Source: Octopus vulgaris (lineage: Eukaryota). Taken from it: a stretch of 64,000 nt of DNA. Position numbers and translations under genes: made by a program. This document shows, in pieces, positions 59,707 to 64,000 of the stretch (positions are counted from its first letter, which is position 1; each line of letters begins with the position of its first letter). Location of the stretch: positions 165,850,001-165,914,000 of the forward strand of contig OX597817.1 of NCBI GenBank assembly GCA_951406725.2, read 5' to 3'. The notes under the pieces were generated by a model. It saw only the letters and a program-made list of their open reading frames with translations. It was not told where the DNA came from and did no database searches.

Positions 59707-59758
59707 ATATCTACCTATCTATCTATCTATCTACCTATCTATCTATCTATCTATCTAC

Positions 59759-59802
<44 letters not shown>

Positions 59803-59826
59803 ATATCTATCTATCTATCTATCTAT

Positions 59827-59859
<33 letters not shown>

Positions 59860-60152
59860 CACGCATACGTATGTATACTTACATATATCTACTGATCTTG
59901 CTATATAAATGTCTGCGCACATATATACATGAACGTACACACACAAACATACAGACACATATACACACACAGGCATACATATATGCACACGGGATCACAC
60001 GCATATATAAATATAGTTAGGTATGTTTCGTATAAACATATCCTTGTATATAAGCATGCATTTATATAAAAGTATATATGCATATTTATAAATACATAAA
60101 TGTTTATGCATATTATTGTACACACAAATATATATATATATATATATATATG

Positions 60153-60206
<54 letters not shown>

Positions 60207-60213
60207 GTGTGTG

Positions 60214-60244
<31 letters not shown>

Positions 60245-60264
60245 ATATATATATACATATATAT

Positions 60265-60295
<31 letters not shown>

Positions 60296-60337
60296 TACAT
60301 GCTTATATAGATATATACATACATATATACATACATA

Positions 60338-60401
<64 letters not shown>

Positions 60402-61418
60402 GTATGTATTATATGGAGTATGTACATATGTATATATATATGTATGTTTGCATGTATGCGTATGTTTGTGTGTATTTAAACTATGTATGTTAATTTTATA
60501 GAAAAGTTTACATGCATATATTCAAAGTCAGACATAACTAGTCCGTGTTAGAGACATTATTAAACAGTAAATACATACCGTGCTGGGTGTAGAAAGAGCA
60601 ACCAACATATATATACAGATTTCACTGAGATACAGTAAGAACTGATATATCTATCGTCTGCTCCAGTTCCTCACTCACTGATAAATCTTCTTGGAGGGAG
60701 GCGAGAAAAAATAGTATTCAGTTTACGTCTGTGTACTTTCGCTTCACACACACACACAAACACACACACAAACGTACACACATACGCACACACTCAGTCA
60801 TACACACATACACATGCATGTAAAAGCACACACACACACATACATTATATATGCTGATGCAAAGAGATCTACCGCTTATACCTTAAATTGATAAACACAC
60901 ACACACACACACACACGCACACACACAAACGCACGCACGCGCACACACATATACATACACATATGTTTTCACAGTCTTTCATTGACTGTTAGTTATATAT
61001 ATATATATGTACATACATGAGCTCATAAGTATAAACCCTCACACCAAAGCGTGCCTGCACACACACACACACACACACATACATACATGTACACACAATA
61101 TACACGCACATACAGGCGTAAATGCTATTACTTTCAAATGCATATGCGCACTCACACCCTTGCACATACACACACTCACTATCTCTTATACACATACTCA
61201 AATACAGACACACACATACAATTAAACACTCTCAGACAGTTCCTCGCACTCACACTTACACACACACACACACACACAGATACATATAGAATGACACTGA
61301 TGCTTAGATACAAAAACCACACTTACATACGCATACACAGAGGCTGTTATGTTATTATCTCTTGGGAGATTTTTCTTTCTTAGAAGTTTACAAAACGTAT
61401 TTACAACAATAGCAACAG

Positions 61419-61472
<54 letters not shown>

Positions 61473-61497
61473 CTACTCACATATATGAATAAATACA

Positions 61498-61569
<72 letters not shown>

Positions 61570-62722
61570 TATATATATATATATATATACAACACACGCA
61601 CGCGCAACGGTAACAACAGTAAAAACAGCAGCATCAAATCAACGCTATTAATAACACTAGCTGCGGGATGAATACCAAACGATACATGCCACCGAGTCTG
61701 GAAGACAAATTTTCGTATCCCGCTCCCCGCTATTTAGTTGGATCAGAGCAGGAGACAAATTAATATACTTATCCTAAATTCCATAAATATATATACATAT
61801 ATACCAGTTTACCTAGCGGTTAATATATTACATACCTCACATTTCATGAAGTGAGATTAAGAAGTGATAAAACTACAAAATTGAGAAGTGCATCGATGGT
61901 TCAGAGCGCTGATTTATTGATATCTGTTATATCTTTGGATGTGGGACTCGCAATGAAAAGCGCCTTCTTTCAGTTCTTCGAGATTGTCACATTTTCTACT
62001 ACTACTATTACTGCAGTGTGGACTTTAAAATGAACCACAGCACCAATTCTAATACTATCAATCATCCTTGCTTCTATTTTAAGAACAAGGATAGTACTTG
62101 ACTAGTACTTTACCGATCCAGATTGGAAAAAAAAAAAAGCAAAGCTGACCTAGGCGGGATTTGAACTGAGAACAACCTGCGGAACAACTCCACCAGCCAG
62201 AATTTTCTATGCCACTTCAACAATTCTGCCAATCCACTAATCTAACTAACACTACTAATAATGTTAATGGTTTCTAATTTAGGCACAAAACCAGTAATTT
62301 TGAAGAAAGGAGCAGCCAGTATCGTTGATCCTGTTACTTGACTGGTATTTTATGTTATCGACCCGGGAGAAATGAAAGACAAAGATGACATCGGTGGAGA
62401 CTGAACTCAAAATTTACGGCCGGAAGAAATACCACAATGCTTTTTTCTCCGTCACTAATGATTATTATACTAGGCCACCATGTTATACAATGGCTTCAGA
62501 TTTAGGGACCAGGCCATTCGTTTTAGAAGGAGTGTGTATGACGATATCATCGACACCAGTACTTGACTGTTACTTTATTATACTGACGCAGAAGGATGAA
62601 ATGCTTGGTGCCGTGTACTAGGCTTTCGTTAACTGTTTTAGGTGCTTGAATACTCACGAGCAGAAAGAGTTATATTCTTGGTTCTTTTCTCCCCCGTCCA
62701 GCAGAATATTGAGAATGTAAAA

Positions 62723-62776
<54 letters not shown>

Positions 62777-63576
62777 CTTTATTAACCATGAGGTAGAGAT
62801 AAAGAGGGGACGATACGAGGACAGACAAATCGAACATTGGGGTCAGGGTATCGAATGAGACGAAACGTATGAATAAACAAACAACTAAAATATATACAAT
62901 TAAATGAGAATGAGTGATTTACAAAAAATGAAGCGAAGGACGCGGTCGACCCCACAAACCACATACTCACACTGAAGACTTTGCTTTCTCCTTTTTTACA
63001 TTCTCGATTAAACAGGTTCTTTCACCCGCAACATACTTGCTATAGACTTCCAGAGCGTGCGTGTGTGTGCTGAGCCAGCTTAATTATCAGCTACGAAAAC
63101 TGAAACACTATAAAATGTAATGTCTTGCTCAAAGAGTGTTTTGCACCCAGTCCAGGAACAGGTCATATGATCAAGAATCCAACACTGTAACCACTAGGGC
63201 TACGCACCTTCGCAAATAACGCGCTAGCCAATCCAGGAATCGAACCAGCGAGCGCACAAGCGTTCCTTGCATCACACTCATTCAAACTCTCTACTGTTTC
63301 AGCCTCTTGGTTATCAGTTTCCCTTATCATGTGTTACGGATCCTTGGGCGGATAGAGATAACTTATACAGAAAGGTTTACGAGTTGGTTTGACGATAAAA
63401 TGCACATACTACACTTTGTAAGTTAGTAAGTGATAGAGAGGCATAAGAGTGAAGTAGTGCTGAACCACACGAGCAATGGGGACAGACATTGCCGAATGTG
63501 CCTGCGATAAACAGACGAAACTAGCCTACTTCAGTGGCTTTCCAGCTTTGCTCTTGGGTGGTTATCTCCCCTGTCA

Positions 63577-63648
<72 letters not shown>

Positions 63649-63651
63649 ACG

Positions 63652-63790
63652 TAAAGTATACTAGCCATCTCAATATGGCCAACCACTAAGGGTGGGTGTT
63701 ACTGTAGCTTTTAGCCCCAGGAGATCATCGTCTCCAGCTGGCTTTAGGCACACTTTCTGTGACCTTGTGGTATTTGTAAAGGGAGGTCAT
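63652..63790. other. Unassigned structured repeat, copy 3
   Basis: Three-hairpin layout and downstream aagggaggtca shared with 21812-21951. Confidence 0.65.
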
Positions 63791-64000
63791 CCCTCATATA
63801 TATATATGTTTGTGTGTGTATGTATGCGCTTATGCAGCTTGAAGAGTTTTACTCTCATTTCTAGCAATATAGCTGGTGTTCAGCATCCTCAGTAACAGTT
63901 AATGACGATTAAATTGCTTAGTTCTGGTTTTATATTGCGAGTAACTGCTTATATGCCTTTTTAGTAAACTCATTAGTATATATATATATATATATTCATA

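Overview
AT-rich eukaryotic non-coding DNA, intronic or intergenic. By inference it is from a coleoid cephalopod (Octopus-like), given the extreme (TA)n/(TATG)n/(CA)n/(AAT)n load and the tRNA-derived SINE families. No intact host protein-coding gene can be supported; nearly all ORF-track entries are translated microsatellites. The window is a transposon graveyard. It contains three tRNA-head SINE groups (A, B, C), three dead Tc1/mariner transposases (one with DD36E spacing), R4/Dong-type RLE retrotransposon 3' ends in AAT repeats, CR1-group LINE 3' ends, non-autonomous Helitrons, hAT MITEs, four long fold-back elements and a U6 snRNA retrocopy fused to a SINE. The most notable signals are RNA-structural. 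(1) A type I hammerhead ribozyme with an intact core at 49056-49126 (-). (2) U3-A8 variant minimal hammerheads in both arms of a 283-bp palindrome. (3) An unassigned three-hairpin motif with compensatory base changes at three dispersed loci. (4) A covarying stem-loop shared by LINE and SINE 3' tails. Coordinates were read by eye and may be off by a few bases; family names come from recalled motifs, not database searches.
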